Below are positions 1 to 10,311 of a stretch of 64,000 nt of DNA, one piece after another. The notes under the pieces were generated by a model. That model saw only the letters and a list, made by a program, of their open reading frames with translations, searched no databases and was not told where the DNA came from. Origin of the DNA: Elusimicrobiota bacterium (GTDB lineage Bacteria; Elusimicrobiota; Elusimicrobia; F11); contig JBJXGI010000056.1 in the NCBI GenBank assembly GCA_046153645.1, positions 16,687-80,686 of the forward strand, written 5' to 3'. Each line of letters opens with the position of its first letter. Position 1 is the stretch's first letter. A program made the translations under genes and the position numbers.

Positions 1-2
1 TC

Positions 3-362
3 AAAGAGACTGAAAAACAATTAAAAAATGATGAATCTCAAATTCGAACGCAAATACAAGATTTGGAAAACAAAAAGAACCAAGTGTTAAAAGAAGTTGA
101 AGTCAAAAGAACCGAACGACAAGGTTATTCTTCAACCATTCCCGCAAATGCTTTAAATCAATATGAAGCCATTCGAGAACAAAGAGAAGGTATTGCTTTG
201 GCTCCTCTCATGAATGGTTCTTGTGGAGAATGCCATATGACTGTTCCACAAAATGCCATGAACGACGTAAAAAAAGCTAAAAATGTCGTTTTTTGTGAGT
301 CTTGTACAAGAGTGTTGTATATTCCTCAAGTTGTTGTTCCTGCCGAAACTCCTGCCCCGTAA
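3..362 (+). CDS. C4-type zinc-ribbon/coiled-coil protein (DUF164/CT398-like), 5'-truncated by window edge
   Basis: Frame is open from position 3. Coiled-coil followed by CGECHM...CESCTRVLY zinc-ribbon motif. Confidence 0.85.
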   Translation, partial: KETEKQLKNDESQIRTQIQDLENKKNQVLKEVEVKRTERQGYSSTIPANALNQYEAIREQREGIALAPLMNGSCGECHMTVPQNAMNDVKKAKNVVFCESCTRVLYIPQVVVPAETPAP

Positions 363-471
363 ATTAAAGTTCCAGTTTAAAAATAATCTATCCGCTGAAT
401 ATTCTTAGCGCTATCACTTAATCCGTTGATAGCTCTGAGGACTAAAGTAATGCTCCGTTCAATATTTTTTA

Positions 472-500
472 TTGACAGGCATTCTTATCACTATTAAACT
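472..500 (+). promoter_or_regulatory. sigma70-type promoter of mraZ/dcw operon
   Basis: TTGACA (472-477), 17 bp spacer, TAAACT (495-500). Confidence 0.75.
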
Positions 501-501
501 C

Positions 502-563
502 TGTGGGTCTAAGTGGTTAAAAGTGGTGAAAAGTGTGGATAAGTCTGTGGATAGTGTGGATAA
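502..563 (+). promoter_or_regulatory. MraZ-binding direct repeats plus three DnaA boxes
   Basis: GTGG at 503, 513, 523 (10-bp period, typical MraZ operator). TGTGGATAA 534-542, TGTGGATAG 546-554, TGTGGATAA 555-563. Confidence 0.75.
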
Positions 564-577
564 CTAGGACCTAACTA

Positions 578-1015
578 ATGTTTCTTGGAACATTTCAATA
601 TACGATCGACCCAAAGGGGAGACTGTTTATTCCTGCCAAATTGCGGGAAGGGGCTTCTTCTGCCTCTGCTACTTACGTTGTTACGCGTGGAATGGAAAAT
701 TGTCTTTATGTTTATGATTCAAAAACATTTCACGAAGTTCTCTTAAAACGTTTGGAAAATTTACCTGTAAAAAATCAACAAGACGCGAGAGCTTTTAAAA
801 GAATGTTATTGGCGGGCGCTCAAGAAGTTTCTCTCGATGAAATGGGCAGAATCTTAATTCCCAAAGCTTTAATTGATCATGCTTCTCTTAAAAAAGATGT
901 CTCAATTTTAGGGGTTGGTGAACGAATTGAGTTGTGGTCTGAAAATCTTTGGAATAAATACAGTCTTAAAGCGTCATCCACTTTTGGAAAACTTAGCAAA
1001 CACTTAGAGATTTAG
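578..1015 (+). CDS. mraZ: Transcriptional regulator MraZ
   Basis: MFLGTFQYTIDPKGRLFIP and LDEMGRILIP repeats; first gene of dcw cluster. Confidence 0.97.
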   Translation: MFLGTFQYTIDPKGRLFIPAKLREGASSASATYVVTRGMENCLYVYDSKTFHEVLLKRLENLPVKNQQDARAFKRMLLAGAQEVSLDEMGRILIPKALIDHASLKKDVSILGVGERIELWSENLWNKYSLKASSTFGKLSKHLEI

Positions 1016-1019
1016 TGGG

Positions 1020-1913
1020 ATGTTTCCACACGTCCCCGTATTGCTGAATGAAGTGATGGAAGCTCTCTCAATGAAGCCGGGCGGGCGATATGTGGATGGA
1101 ACGTTAGGATTGGGGGGATACGCTGAACAAATCGTATCTCGGCTTGATGAAACCGGCGAATTTTTAGGAATCGATACGGATTCGACGTATTTGGAATTTG
1201 TGAAGGATCGCTTGCAACCTCTTGGGAAGAAGACGAGAATTCGGCACGTCAATTTTCGGAGGTTGCAGGAGATTCTTCAGGAACTGGGTTGGGATTCTGT
1301 AGATGGAATGGTGTTTGATTTGGGGTTGTCGAGTACTCAATTAGCTGAGGCATCAAGAGGATTATCCTTTATGAATGATGGGCCACTTGATATGCGTTTA
1401 AATCCAAGCCAATCAACAACAGCGCTGTCTTATTTACAGAGTATCGATCGTCATCAATTGGTCACATTGTTAATTGAGTTTGGAGAGGGGCGATTTGCAA
1501 AACGTTTATCTGAGATGATTTTAAGAGGAGTTTCAGATAACACCATTCATACAACATTTGATTTAGCGCGAATTTGTGAACGAGTCAAAGGCCGCCATGG
1601 CAAAAAACATCCCGCCACCGAGGTTTTTTTGGCACTGAGATCTGAAATTAACGCTGAGCAAAGAGTATTAAAAGAGTTGTTAGATAAAGCCCCTTTATGG
1701 TTAAAAGAATCGGGGAGATTGGTCGTGGTAAGTTTCCATTCATTAGAAGACCGTATTGTCAAAAATAGTTTTCGATATTGGACTAAAGAATATGTTGGCC
1801 CTGAAAAATATTCTCTCGTTTATAAAAAACCGTTGGTTCCGAGCTTAGACGAGGTGAAACAAAATCCCCGCTCGAGAAGCGCAAAACTGAGAACATTAAT
1901 GAGGGTTTCATGA
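1020..1913 (+). CDS. rsmH: 16S rRNA m4C1402 methyltransferase
   Basis: HVPVLLNEV, DGTLGLGG, DLGLSSTQ, SFHSLEDRIVK, NPRSRSAKLR motifs. Confidence 0.97.
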   Translation: MFPHVPVLLNEVMEALSMKPGGRYVDGTLGLGGYAEQIVSRLDETGEFLGIDTDSTYLEFVKDRLQPLGKKTRIRHVNFRRLQEILQELGWDSVDGMVFDLGLSSTQLAEASRGLSFMNDGPLDMRLNPSQSTTALSYLQSIDRHQLVTLLIEFGEGRFAKRLSEMILRGVSDNTIHTTFDLARICERVKGRHGKKHPATEVFLALRSEINAEQRVLKELLDKAPLWLKESGRLVVVSFHSLEDRIVKNSFRYWTKEYVGPEKYSLVYKKPLVPSLDEVKQNPRSRSAKLRTLMRVS

Positions 1914-2206
1914 AATCGAGACATTTGTCTGTTTGGCAAACAACGCAAGGTTTGTCGAGACTTGTTGTGATCTGTTTGGTGACTGCCATTTTATTATTCT
2001 TTCATGTTTTATGGCCGATTCAAGTAGAAAGAAGTCACCGAGAATTGAAGGCAATTGAAAAGAAAATTTCGGAAAAGAAGTCTGAATTAAATGAATTGAA
2101 GGTTCGATACGGTCAAGTGACTTCTCTTGGCGTTTTAGATGCGTGGGCCAAACAGCATGGCCCTTGGAAATCTCCTCAGGCAGGCGACGTTGTTACGATT
2201 CGATAG
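1910..2206 (+). CDS. ftsL: Cell division protein FtsL-like
   Basis: Single TM plus coiled coil; lies between rsmH and ftsI. Confidence 0.7.
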   Translation: MKSRHLSVWQTTQGLSRLVVICLVTAILLFFHVLWPIQVERSHRELKAIEKKISEKKSELNELKVRYGQVTSLGVLDAWAKQHGPWKSPQAGDVVTIR

Positions 2207-3884
2207 TAAAAAATCCTCTCCTATTTTATTCAAGAATTCCCGTTTATTTGGGGTAAAAATATTTGTTGTTTTTATTTTTCTTGTTTTGGCTTCAAGATTG
2301 GTTTATGTCCAGGCCGTTATTGGTTCGCAATTGCAAAAAAGAGCAGATAAACAAATCAAGAGTAAGATAGAAAATAAAATCACTCGTCATAAAATAGTTG
2401 ATCGAAATGGGAAAACTCTCGCTGAAACGGTGCCAGTTTCTTCATGTTTTGTCGATCCCACTCTGTTAGATAATAAAAAACAAACTGCCAAAATTTTAAG
2501 CAGAATTTTAAATTTAAATGAAACAATGCTCGCGAAGAAAATTATTTCCGCAAAAGGTTCTTTTTTGTGGGTTAAGAGAAATTTGTCTGTTGATGAGCTC
2601 AAACAGTTAAGAAATTTGGATATTTCTGGAATTGCTTTAAAGTCTGAGTTAAGAAGAAATTATCCTTTAGGCCCGTTGGCACCGCATTTATTGGGGTTGG
2701 TTGGTACTGAAAATCATGGTCTTTCTGGGGTTGAAAAAGATTTTGAAAGTACGCTTTCTAGAAATGAAGAGCATAAAAAACTTTTCTCAGGGGAGTTAAT
2801 TCCTTCTGGTAATGTTCAGTTAACAATTGACGCCGATATTCAAGGAATTGTTGAGAGAGAATTGGATTGGGGCGCAAAAAAAACCGGGTCAAAGCGCGGA
2901 ATGGTCGTGGTTCAATCACCCTCAACAGGGGAAATTCTCGCTATGGCGGCTTGGCCTCCATTGGAGTTAACACCGGATAATCCTCCCCATTCTAAAGAAT
3001 TACGCATTCCACCCTTGGTTGATGTTTTTGAGCCAGGCTCAACATTTAAAATTGTCACCATTGCTGGCGCGATTGAAGAAAATATTTTCACCTCTAAATC
3101 TCATTTTAATGGAGAAAATGGTAAGTGGAAAATTTCGGCTATAACTATTCATGATCATGAACCTATCACTCGGATGAGTTTTGAGGAAATTTTGATCCAT
3201 TCTTCAAATATTGGAACTGGAAAAGTGGCTGATGTTTTGGGACGAGATCGGCTTTATCAATATGCTCGTTTATTTGGTTTTGGCGTGTTTCCTGGTTCTG
3301 GATTATCCGGTGAGGCTAAGGGGGTTCTACGAACGCCTTCTCAGTGGTCTGGGGTTTCAAAATTTGTGGTTTCTTTTGGTCAGGAAATGGGTGTCACTAT
3401 GTTTCAGATGACAGGTGCTTTTTCTAGCATCGCCAATAAGGGCGTTTTGATGGAGCCCAAAATAATAAAAGCGATTTTGTCTGATACCGGTGAAAAACTA
3501 AAAGTTTTTCCTCCCAATCAAGTGAGAAGAGTTGTTTCAGAAGAGACCGCTTTAAAAGTAACAAAGAACTTGGTTCGAGTTGTCAAAGAGGGAACGGGCG
3601 TTAATGCTCAAATTCAATGGGCTTCTGACTGTGATGTCGCAGGTAAAACCGGAACAGCACAAAAATTTGATCAAAAAAATAAACGCTACCATAAAGATCA
3701 TACGGTTATTTCATTTTGTGGGTTTTTCCCAGCTCATAACCCACGTTACACTATTTTTGTTGTTTTAGATGAACCTGAAGGGCGTCGATTTGGTGGGCTT
3801 GATGCGGCACCTGTATTTCGTCGAATCGCGGAACAAATTCATGGTGATCAGAAAATTTTAGTTCCTGAAAGTTTAAAATCATGA
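2139..3884 (+). CDS. ftsI: Class B penicillin-binding protein FtsI/PBP3 (true start probably somewhat downstream)
   Basis: N-terminal TM, IVDRNG, PGSTFK (SxxK), HSSNI (SxN), AGKTGTAQK (KTG). Confidence 0.93.
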   Translation: MRGPNSMALGNLLRQATLLRFDSKKSSPILFKNSRLFGVKIFVVFIFLVLASRLVYVQAVIGSQLQKRADKQIKSKIENKITRHKIVDRNGKTLAETVPVSSCFVDPTLLDNKKQTAKILSRILNLNETMLAKKIISAKGSFLWVKRNLSVDELKQLRNLDISGIALKSELRRNYPLGPLAPHLLGLVGTENHGLSGVEKDFESTLSRNEEHKKLFSGELIPSGNVQLTIDADIQGIVERELDWGAKKTGSKRGMVVVQSPSTGEILAMAAWPPLELTPDNPPHSKELRIPPLVDVFEPGSTFKIVTIAGAIEENIFTSKSHFNGENGKWKISAITIHDHEPITRMSFEEILIHSSNIGTGKVADVLGRDRLYQYARLFGFGVFPGSGLSGEAKGVLRTPSQWSGVSKFVVSFGQEMGVTMFQMTGAFSSIANKGVLMEPKIIKAILSDTGEKLKVFPPNQVRRVVSEETALKVTKNLVRVVKEGTGVNAQIQWASDCDVAGKTGTAQKFDQKNKRYHKDHTVISFCGFFPAHNPRYTIFVVLDEPEGRRFGGLDAAPVFRRIAEQIHGDQKILVPESLKS

Positions 3885-5326
3885 AAAATCTTGTTTCTCT
3901 TTTAGATCAAGAGGGTATCAAACACTCAATATCAGAAAAAATAGTTGTTGAAGGGCTTTGTTATGACTCTAGAAAAATAAAAAAAGGCGATTTATTTTTT
4001 GCGATTCCAGGTTCTCAAGTTGATGGTCATCAATACTTGTCACAAGTTTCAACGGCAGGGGCTGTCGCTGCCATTGTCGAGAAAATAAGTGATGATGCCA
4101 TTCCTCAGATTGTTGTCCCCAATGTTTTGGAAACAATGGCACTCCTGTCGAATTTATTTTTTGATAAACCTTCCGAGAAAATTCGAGTTGTCGGAATGAC
4201 AGGTACAAATGGAAAAACAACGACAACCTATCTCATTGAAGATATATTAAAGAAAAATAATAAAAAGTGCGGCGTCATGGGCACTGTTAATTATCGTATG
4301 GGAGATGAATTGTTTCCAGCCCCCAATACCACGCCACAATCGCTAGATGTAAATATGTTCTTTTCTGAATTGGTTCGACGAGAGATTTTTTTTGGGGTTA
4401 TGGAAGTGTCATCGCATGCGCTAGTCCAGCATCGAGTGGATCATATTCAGTATGAGGTGGCTGTATTTTCTAATTTGACTCAAGATCATTTGGATTATCA
4501 CAAAACAATGGAGAATTATTATCAAGCCAAAGCTTTGTTGTTTCTTCGCCCTGAATCTCCTTGTGCCGTTATTAATATTGATGACGAATATGGAGCAAGG
4601 CTTTTTAAAGAATTAGGTGAAGGATTGTCATATGGTTTTTCATCATCGGCAATGCTCAGAGCAAAAAATGAAAAATATACTCTTTCTGGTATTGAATTTG
4701 ATGTTGTTTTTCCCAGTGGGAAAACCTTAAAAATTTCAAATAATTTACTTGGTAAATATAATATTTATAACTGTTTAGCAGCAGCAGGTGCTTTGTTGTC
4801 ATTGGGCTTTTCCGATGAAGAAGTCAGTGAGGGGTTAAATCAAAATCATCGAATTCCTGGGCGATTGGAACGAGTTGAAGCGGGTCAAAATTATGTGGTG
4901 GTTGTGGATTATGCGCACACTCCTGATGCTTTGGAGCAAGTGTTGATTACATTGAAAAATACAGGTCCCCGGAAACTTTTTTGTATTTTTGGCGCAGGTG
5001 GAGACCGCGATAGAGGAAAAAGGCCAAAAATGGGAGCGGTGGCTGTCAAAATGGCTGATCGGGTTTTTGTTACTTCAGATAACCCAAGAACAGAAAATCC
5101 TCAAAAAATTATTTCGGACATATTGGAGGGAATTGTTCCTCTAAATAAAAATAATCATGTTGTTGTTGAAGATCGCTCTCTCGCCATTCGTCAGGCTGTC
5201 AAAGAAGCGGGAACAGGAGACATTGTTTTAATTGCAGGAAAAGGGCACGAAAATTATCAGATTATTGGGAATACAAAACATCATTTTTCTGATTTTGAAG
5301 AAGCGGAAAAGGCCATTCGAGGGTGA
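3881..5326 (+). CDS. murE: UDP-MurNAc-tripeptide synthetase (meso-DAP type)
   Basis: GMTGTNGKTT, MEVSSHAL, DYAHTPDAL, DNPR (DAP specificity), AGKGHE. Confidence 0.97.
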   Translation: MKNLVSLLDQEGIKHSISEKIVVEGLCYDSRKIKKGDLFFAIPGSQVDGHQYLSQVSTAGAVAAIVEKISDDAIPQIVVPNVLETMALLSNLFFDKPSEKIRVVGMTGTNGKTTTTYLIEDILKKNNKKCGVMGTVNYRMGDELFPAPNTTPQSLDVNMFFSELVRREIFFGVMEVSSHALVQHRVDHIQYEVAVFSNLTQDHLDYHKTMENYYQAKALLFLRPESPCAVINIDDEYGARLFKELGEGLSYGFSSSAMLRAKNEKYTLSGIEFDVVFPSGKTLKISNNLLGKYNIYNCLAAAGALLSLGFSDEEVSEGLNQNHRIPGRLERVEAGQNYVVVVDYAHTPDALEQVLITLKNTGPRKLFCIFGAGGDRDRGKRPKMGAVAVKMADRVFVTSDNPRTENPQKIISDILEGIVPLNKNNHVVVEDRSLAIRQAVKEAGTGDIVLIAGKGHENYQIIGNTKHHFSDFEEAEKAIRG

Positions 5327-6726
5327 AAATTTTATTACGAGATATTATTAAGGCGACTAAGGGGCAATTGATTTTGGGTGATCCGATGGTCTCTGCGGAA
5401 GGATTTTGTGTCGACTCTCGATTGGTGAAGCCAGGAGAAATATTTTTCGCTTTAAGTGGACAAAATAAGGACGGTCATGGATTTGTACAGGAGGTCTTTC
5501 GAAAGGGCGCTTCTGCTGTTATTGTTTCACAGCTTGATTGGTTGGCAAAAGATTCAAAAGGAATCACCAATGTTATTCAAGTTAAATCACCATTAGAGGC
5601 ATTACAAAAAACCGCAAATTTTATTCGTTCTCAATTTTTAGGTCCTGTTGTTGGAATCACCGGCTCTAATGGAAAAACAACCACCAAACAAATGCTGGGT
5701 TCAATTTTGGCTAAAAATAATCCGGGGTTATTAACTCAAGGAAATTATAATTCTCAGATTGGTCTTCCTATCGTGCTGTCTCATTTGTTGCCCGAGCATC
5801 AGTGGATTGTTTTGGAAATGGGAGCTTCGTCAAAAGGCAACATTGCCGCTCTTTGTGAAATGGGTCAGCCAAAAGTAGGGATTATCACCAGTATTGGGCC
5901 GGCTCATTTAGAAACTTTTGGGTCAATACAAGGAATCGCGGCTGCCAAATGGGAATTGATAGACAGTTTGCCTGTGGATGGTTGCGCCGTTTTACCTTGG
6001 GGAGAAGCTCATTTAGATCCGTTTATTCGGTCTTATAAAAATAAAATTATTTTTTTTGGAGAAGATTCATCTTGCGCTGTTAAGGCCAGTTCCATTGAAA
6101 CAGGGGAACAGATTTCTTTTATGCTTCATTTGGGATCGAGAAGTTATCCTATTACATTGCCCTTGTCTGGTCGTTTCAATGTCAAAAATGCGATGGCTGC
6201 AGCAGCAGCGGCGTGGGCGCTCAATACGCCTGTTGAAAAAATAGTTGAAGGGCTCACTTCGTTTCAAGCGCCTCCTATGAGGATGCAAGTTTTATCCCAT
6301 TCCTCAGGTGCGGTGATTATTAATGACGCCTATAACGCGAACCCGGCTTCGATGGCGGAATCGATAAAATCATTAATGGAATCTTATCCCAATAAAAAGA
6401 AATATTTAATTGTTGGTTCAATGCTCGAATTGGGCGTTGACTCAGAAAGATTTCATTTCCATTTGGGAAATGAATTGGGACGGATGAATTTGGAAAAGAT
6501 TTTTTTGGTGGGTGAACTAACAAATAAAGTTTTTGAAGGGGCAGAATCAGTGGGGAGCTTAAATGGTAAGTTTTATCAGGGGAAAACTTTTTCTGATATT
6601 GCGGAGTTATTAACTCGTGATTTGGATTCTAATTCTGTTGTTCTTTTAAAAGGGTCGCGTAGTAATAAGCTTGAAAAAATAATTGATTACCTTATGTCAC
6701 CGACTGAAATAAAAGGGAATAAATAA
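5323..6726 (+). CDS. murF: UDP-MurNAc-pentapeptide ligase
   Basis: GITGSNGKTTTK, LEMGAS, INDAYNANP, LKGSR. Confidence 0.96.
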   Translation: MKILLRDIIKATKGQLILGDPMVSAEGFCVDSRLVKPGEIFFALSGQNKDGHGFVQEVFRKGASAVIVSQLDWLAKDSKGITNVIQVKSPLEALQKTANFIRSQFLGPVVGITGSNGKTTTKQMLGSILAKNNPGLLTQGNYNSQIGLPIVLSHLLPEHQWIVLEMGASSKGNIAALCEMGQPKVGIITSIGPAHLETFGSIQGIAAAKWELIDSLPVDGCAVLPWGEAHLDPFIRSYKNKIIFFGEDSSCAVKASSIETGEQISFMLHLGSRSYPITLPLSGRFNVKNAMAAAAAAWALNTPVEKIVEGLTSFQAPPMRMQVLSHSSGAVIINDAYNANPASMAESIKSLMESYPNKKKYLIVGSMLELGVDSERFHFHLGNELGRMNLEKIFLVGELTNKVFEGAESVGSLNGKFYQGKTFSDIAELLTRDLDSNSVVLLKGSRSNKLEKIIDYLMSPTEIKGNK

Positions 6727-7811
6727 TGTTTTATTGGTTGTCACAGCTTAAAGAAATTTGGTCTCCTTTCAATGTATTTCAATATATTACGTTTCGAGCA
6801 GGTGGGGCCTTTTTAACGGCGCTCCTCATTATGTTGATATTTGGGCAAAGCTTTATACGGCTCATAAAAAAATGGGAAGTCACCCAGCATATTAGAGAAT
6901 ATGGGCCTAAATCACATTTAACCAAGACGGGGACTCCAACAATGGGAGGCCTTTTGATTTTGACTGCGCTTATTATTTCAACCTTATTATGGGCCAAAAT
7001 CAGCAATCGATTTATTGTTTTAAGTGTTATTTCTTCTGTTTACTTAGGATTGTTAGGTTTTTTTGATGATTACCGTAAGTGGATTTTAAAACACCCCGCG
7101 CGAGGTTTATCTCAAAACGTCAAAATGGCTTTCCAATTACTTTGGGCGATAGGAATCACCGCTTATCTATACATCTCCCCGCCCAATGAAGTTTTCACGA
7201 CGCAGGTTCAGGTTCCCTATTTGAAAAATGTTTTTTTAAATTTTGGTTCGTTTATTATTTTATTCCAAATGGTGGTTATTATCGGAGCCTCGAACGCGGT
7301 TAATTTAACTGATGGGTTAGATGGATTGGCTTGCGGTACTTTATTCGTTAGTGCTGTTGGTTTTATTGTTTTTGCTTATCTAGCGGGGAACGCAAAGTTG
7401 TCAACTTATTTAAGACTCATTCCCGTTTCAGGTTCAGGTGAAATCACAATTTATTTAGCTGCGATGGCAGGCGCTTGCCTGGGATTTTTATGGTTTAACG
7501 GATATCCTGCTTCTATTTTTATGGGTGACACAGGTTCCTTATTTTTAGGAGGGAATATTGGTTTGGTGGCCTTATGTATTAAACAAGAGCTCATTTTGAT
7601 TTTGGTTGGCGGCATATTTGTCGCTGAGGCTGTTTCCGTTATCTTGCAAATTGGAGCGGTTCGACTTTTTAAAAAGAGAGTTTTAAAAATGGCACCTTTG
7701 CATCATCATTTTGAAGAACTGGGCTGGCCTGAAACAAAAGTAACTTTGCGGTTTTGGATTATCGCAATTGTAATGGCATTAATTGCTATGACGTCTCTTA
7801 AGTTAAGATGA
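6726..7811 (+). CDS. mraY: Phospho-MurNAc-pentapeptide translocase
   Basis: KTGTPTMGG, NAVNLTDGLDGL, FMGDTGS, MAPLHHHFE. Confidence 0.98.
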   Translation: MFYWLSQLKEIWSPFNVFQYITFRAGGAFLTALLIMLIFGQSFIRLIKKWEVTQHIREYGPKSHLTKTGTPTMGGLLILTALIISTLLWAKISNRFIVLSVISSVYLGLLGFFDDYRKWILKHPARGLSQNVKMAFQLLWAIGITAYLYISPPNEVFTTQVQVPYLKNVFLNFGSFIILFQMVVIIGASNAVNLTDGLDGLACGTLFVSAVGFIVFAYLAGNAKLSTYLRLIPVSGSGEITIYLAAMAGACLGFLWFNGYPASIFMGDTGSLFLGGNIGLVALCIKQELILILVGGIFVAEAVSVILQIGAVRLFKKRVLKMAPLHHHFEELGWPETKVTLRFWIIAIVMALIAMTSLKLR

Positions 7812-9130
7812 TCAAAGAAGTGAATACTCTCCAACAAGACGATCTAACAGCCTGGTTAAAAGGAAAACATGTTTTGGTTGTTGGATTGGCGAAATCAGGT
7901 TTGGCTGCGGTTCAGCTATTAACGCAGAAAAAAGCCATTGTCTTTGTTTCGGATTCTCAAAATAAAGAAAAACTTTCTTCATTTATATCAAAATTACCAA
8001 AATCCGTGAGCACAGAATTTGGATCAAATCATTTTCTAAAGAAAGATTTTGATTTGATTATTTTAAGTCCAGGGATTCCCTGGGATTTGCCTCCATTGGT
8101 GGCTGCGAGAGAGAAAAAAATTCCTGTTTGGCCAGAACTTGAATTAGCCGCAAGACTTATAAAACCAAAAAAAATAATCGCTATTACTGGAACAAATGGG
8201 AAAACAACGACAACGACAATGATCGGAGAAATTTTAAAAAGATCAGGCCGAAAAGTGTTGGTTGGTGGAAATATTGGAACACCCCTTAGTGATTTGCAAA
8301 GAAAGATTGATGGTGACACTTATGTGGTTTTAGAGGTTTCTAGTTATCAGTTAGAAGGGCATCAATCTTTTCATCCTCATGTCGGAGTTCTTTTAAATGT
8401 CACGCCTGATCATCTTAAAAGACATAAAACGATGGCTCGATATGCCGCTGCAAAAGCACGACTGTTTGATTTTTTTACGAAAAAAGATGTGGCTATTTTA
8501 AACACTCATGATAAATGGTGTAAAAAGTTAAGTTCGAAAATAAAAGGGAGAAAAGTTTGGTTCCCTTCTGAAAATTTAAAGAAGATTGCCAATGTTATTC
8601 AAATTCCTGGCCAACACAATAAAGAAAATGCGATGGCCGCTGCCGCCGTCTGTTTAAATCTTGGGGTTTCAATTCCCGTTATAAAAAAAGCCTTATTCCA
8701 GTTGAAAGGAGTTCCTCACCGAATTCAATTTGTCAAAGATTTAAATGGAGTCAAATATTTTAATGACTCAAAAGGAACCAACGTAGATTCGACAGAGGTT
8801 GCGTTAAAAGCATTTGAAAATTCGATTATTCTTATTTTAGGAGGAGAGCATAAGGGCGCTTCATATAAACAACTCGTTCCTGAAATTAAAAAGAAGGTCC
8901 GTTTTGTTTTAACGATTGGGAAGGCCCATAGAGAAATAGTAAAAGATCTTTCTTCTTCAACTAAAATAATTTCTTGTAAAAAAATGAAAACTGCCGTTAT
9001 TACAGCACAAAAAATGGCCTTAAAAGGAGATGTTGTTTTGTTGTCTCCTGCTTGCGCTTCTTTTGATCAATATAAAAATTATGAAGAACGCGGCGATGAC
9101 TTTATGCAATTGGTTAGAGGGTTAAAATAA
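7808..9130 (+). CDS. murD: UDP-MurNAc-L-Ala:D-Glu ligase
   Basis: GLAKSG, ITGTNGKTTT, EVSSYQL, NDSKGTN, LSPACASFDQY. Confidence 0.96.
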   Translation: MIKEVNTLQQDDLTAWLKGKHVLVVGLAKSGLAAVQLLTQKKAIVFVSDSQNKEKLSSFISKLPKSVSTEFGSNHFLKKDFDLIILSPGIPWDLPPLVAAREKKIPVWPELELAARLIKPKKIIAITGTNGKTTTTTMIGEILKRSGRKVLVGGNIGTPLSDLQRKIDGDTYVVLEVSSYQLEGHQSFHPHVGVLLNVTPDHLKRHKTMARYAAAKARLFDFFTKKDVAILNTHDKWCKKLSSKIKGRKVWFPSENLKKIANVIQIPGQHNKENAMAAAAVCLNLGVSIPVIKKALFQLKGVPHRIQFVKDLNGVKYFNDSKGTNVDSTEVALKAFENSIILILGGEHKGASYKQLVPEIKKKVRFVLTIGKAHREIVKDLSSSTKIISCKKMKTAVITAQKMALKGDVVLLSPACASFDQYKNYEERGDDFMQLVRGLK

Positions 9131-10311
9131 TGCGGTACCGGTTTGTTAAAAAACCTGGTCAACAAAAACAAGGACTCATCAGACGGCTTTTGTCTATGAA
9201 GAATTTTACTCAAGGTATTCCACCGGATCCGTGGCTTATTGGATGTGTATTGGGGTTATTGGTGTTTGGTTGGGTGATGGTTTATTCTTCGTCAGCTTTA
9301 TTTGCTGAATCACGATATCATGATCAGTTTTTCTTTTTAAAGAAACAAATCTTATGGTCGGTTTTAGGAGGTATGGGATTTATTGCGGCCTCTAATATTC
9401 CGCTCGATTCTTGGCAAAAGACGTCTAAATTATTTTATGCACTTACATGTATCACTCTTATTATCGTTTTTTTAACAGGTCCAGAAATTGCTGGAGCTAA
9501 ACGTTGGTTCCGTTTAGGTGGATTTAGTTTTCAGCCTTCAGAATTGGCAAAATTAACAGCTGTTATTTTGACAGCGGACTATCTTGATCGACGACAAAGT
9601 CGAATTAAGGATTTCAAGAAGGGGTTACTTCCGTTATTGTTGATTCAAGGTTTTATGTTGGGACTGATTCTAATTGAGCCTGATCTTGGCACGCCTGTTT
9701 TAATTGGTTCTGTCCTTTTCGTATTGCTGGTCTTAGGGGGGGCGCGTTGGAAGCATTTTTTTCTGTTGAGTTTAATGGTTCTCCCTGTTTTTCTAATAGC
9801 AATTTGGAAAGTGAAGTATCGGTTATTAAGGTTAATAGCTTATATGGATCCTTGGGCCGATGCTAAAGGGGCCGGTTATCAATTGGTCCAGTCATTACTG
9901 GCGCTGGGGTCTGGAGGTATTTTTGGAAAAGGATTAGGAAGTTCCCAAATGAAAATAAGCAATTTGCCCGATTGTCATACAGATTTTGTGTTTTCGATTT
10001 TAGGAGAAGAACTTGGACTTATTGGTACTCTTGTTTGTGCTGCTTTATTTTTATTCCTCTGTTTACGGGGGCTTGATATTGCACGCAAAGCACCAAATTA
10101 TTTTTCAAGGATGGTGGCTGCGGGAATTAGTTTAAATATTGGTTTTCAAGCGGTGATTAATATGGGCGTGGCCTGTGGGTTATTCCCAACGAAAGGAATG
10201 CCATTGCCTTTTATTTCTTTTGGCGGATCTTCGTTATTGTTTACTCTTATCTCAGTAGGAATTTTGGCGAGACTGTCTCGGCAGGAATACAACCTTGCTA
10301 AAACCAAATAA
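9130..10311 (+). CDS. ftsW: SEDS glycosyltransferase FtsW
   Basis: GAKRW, FQPSELAK, EPDLGT, HTDFVF, PTKGMPLPFISFGGSS. Confidence 0.96.
   Translation: MRYRFVKKPGQQKQGLIRRLLSMKNFTQGIPPDPWLIGCVLGLLVFGWVMVYSSSALFAESRYHDQFFFLKKQILWSVLGGMGFIAASNIPLDSWQKTSKLFYALTCITLIIVFLTGPEIAGAKRWFRLGGFSFQPSELAKLTAVILTADYLDRRQSRIKDFKKGLLPLLLIQGFMLGLILIEPDLGTPVLIGSVLFVLLVLGGARWKHFFLLSLMVLPVFLIAIWKVKYRLLRLIAYMDPWADAKGAGYQLVQSLLALGSGGIFGKGLGSSQMKISNLPDCHTDFVFSILGEELGLIGTLVCAALFLFLCLRGLDIARKAPNYFSRMVAAGISLNIGFQAVINMGVACGLFPTKGMPLPFISFGGSSLLFTLISVGILARLSRQEYNLAKTK

Noticed and set aside
363..470. Possible RNase P RNA (often near zinc-ribbon/mraZ genes) or other ncRNA
   Set aside because: Gap is too short and lacks GAGGAAAGTCC; only a modest hairpin at about 402-441.
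501..563. Short repeats as CRISPR array or oriC
   Set aside because: 10-bp period with no spacers or cas genes. No dnaA/dnaN context; better explained as operator sites.
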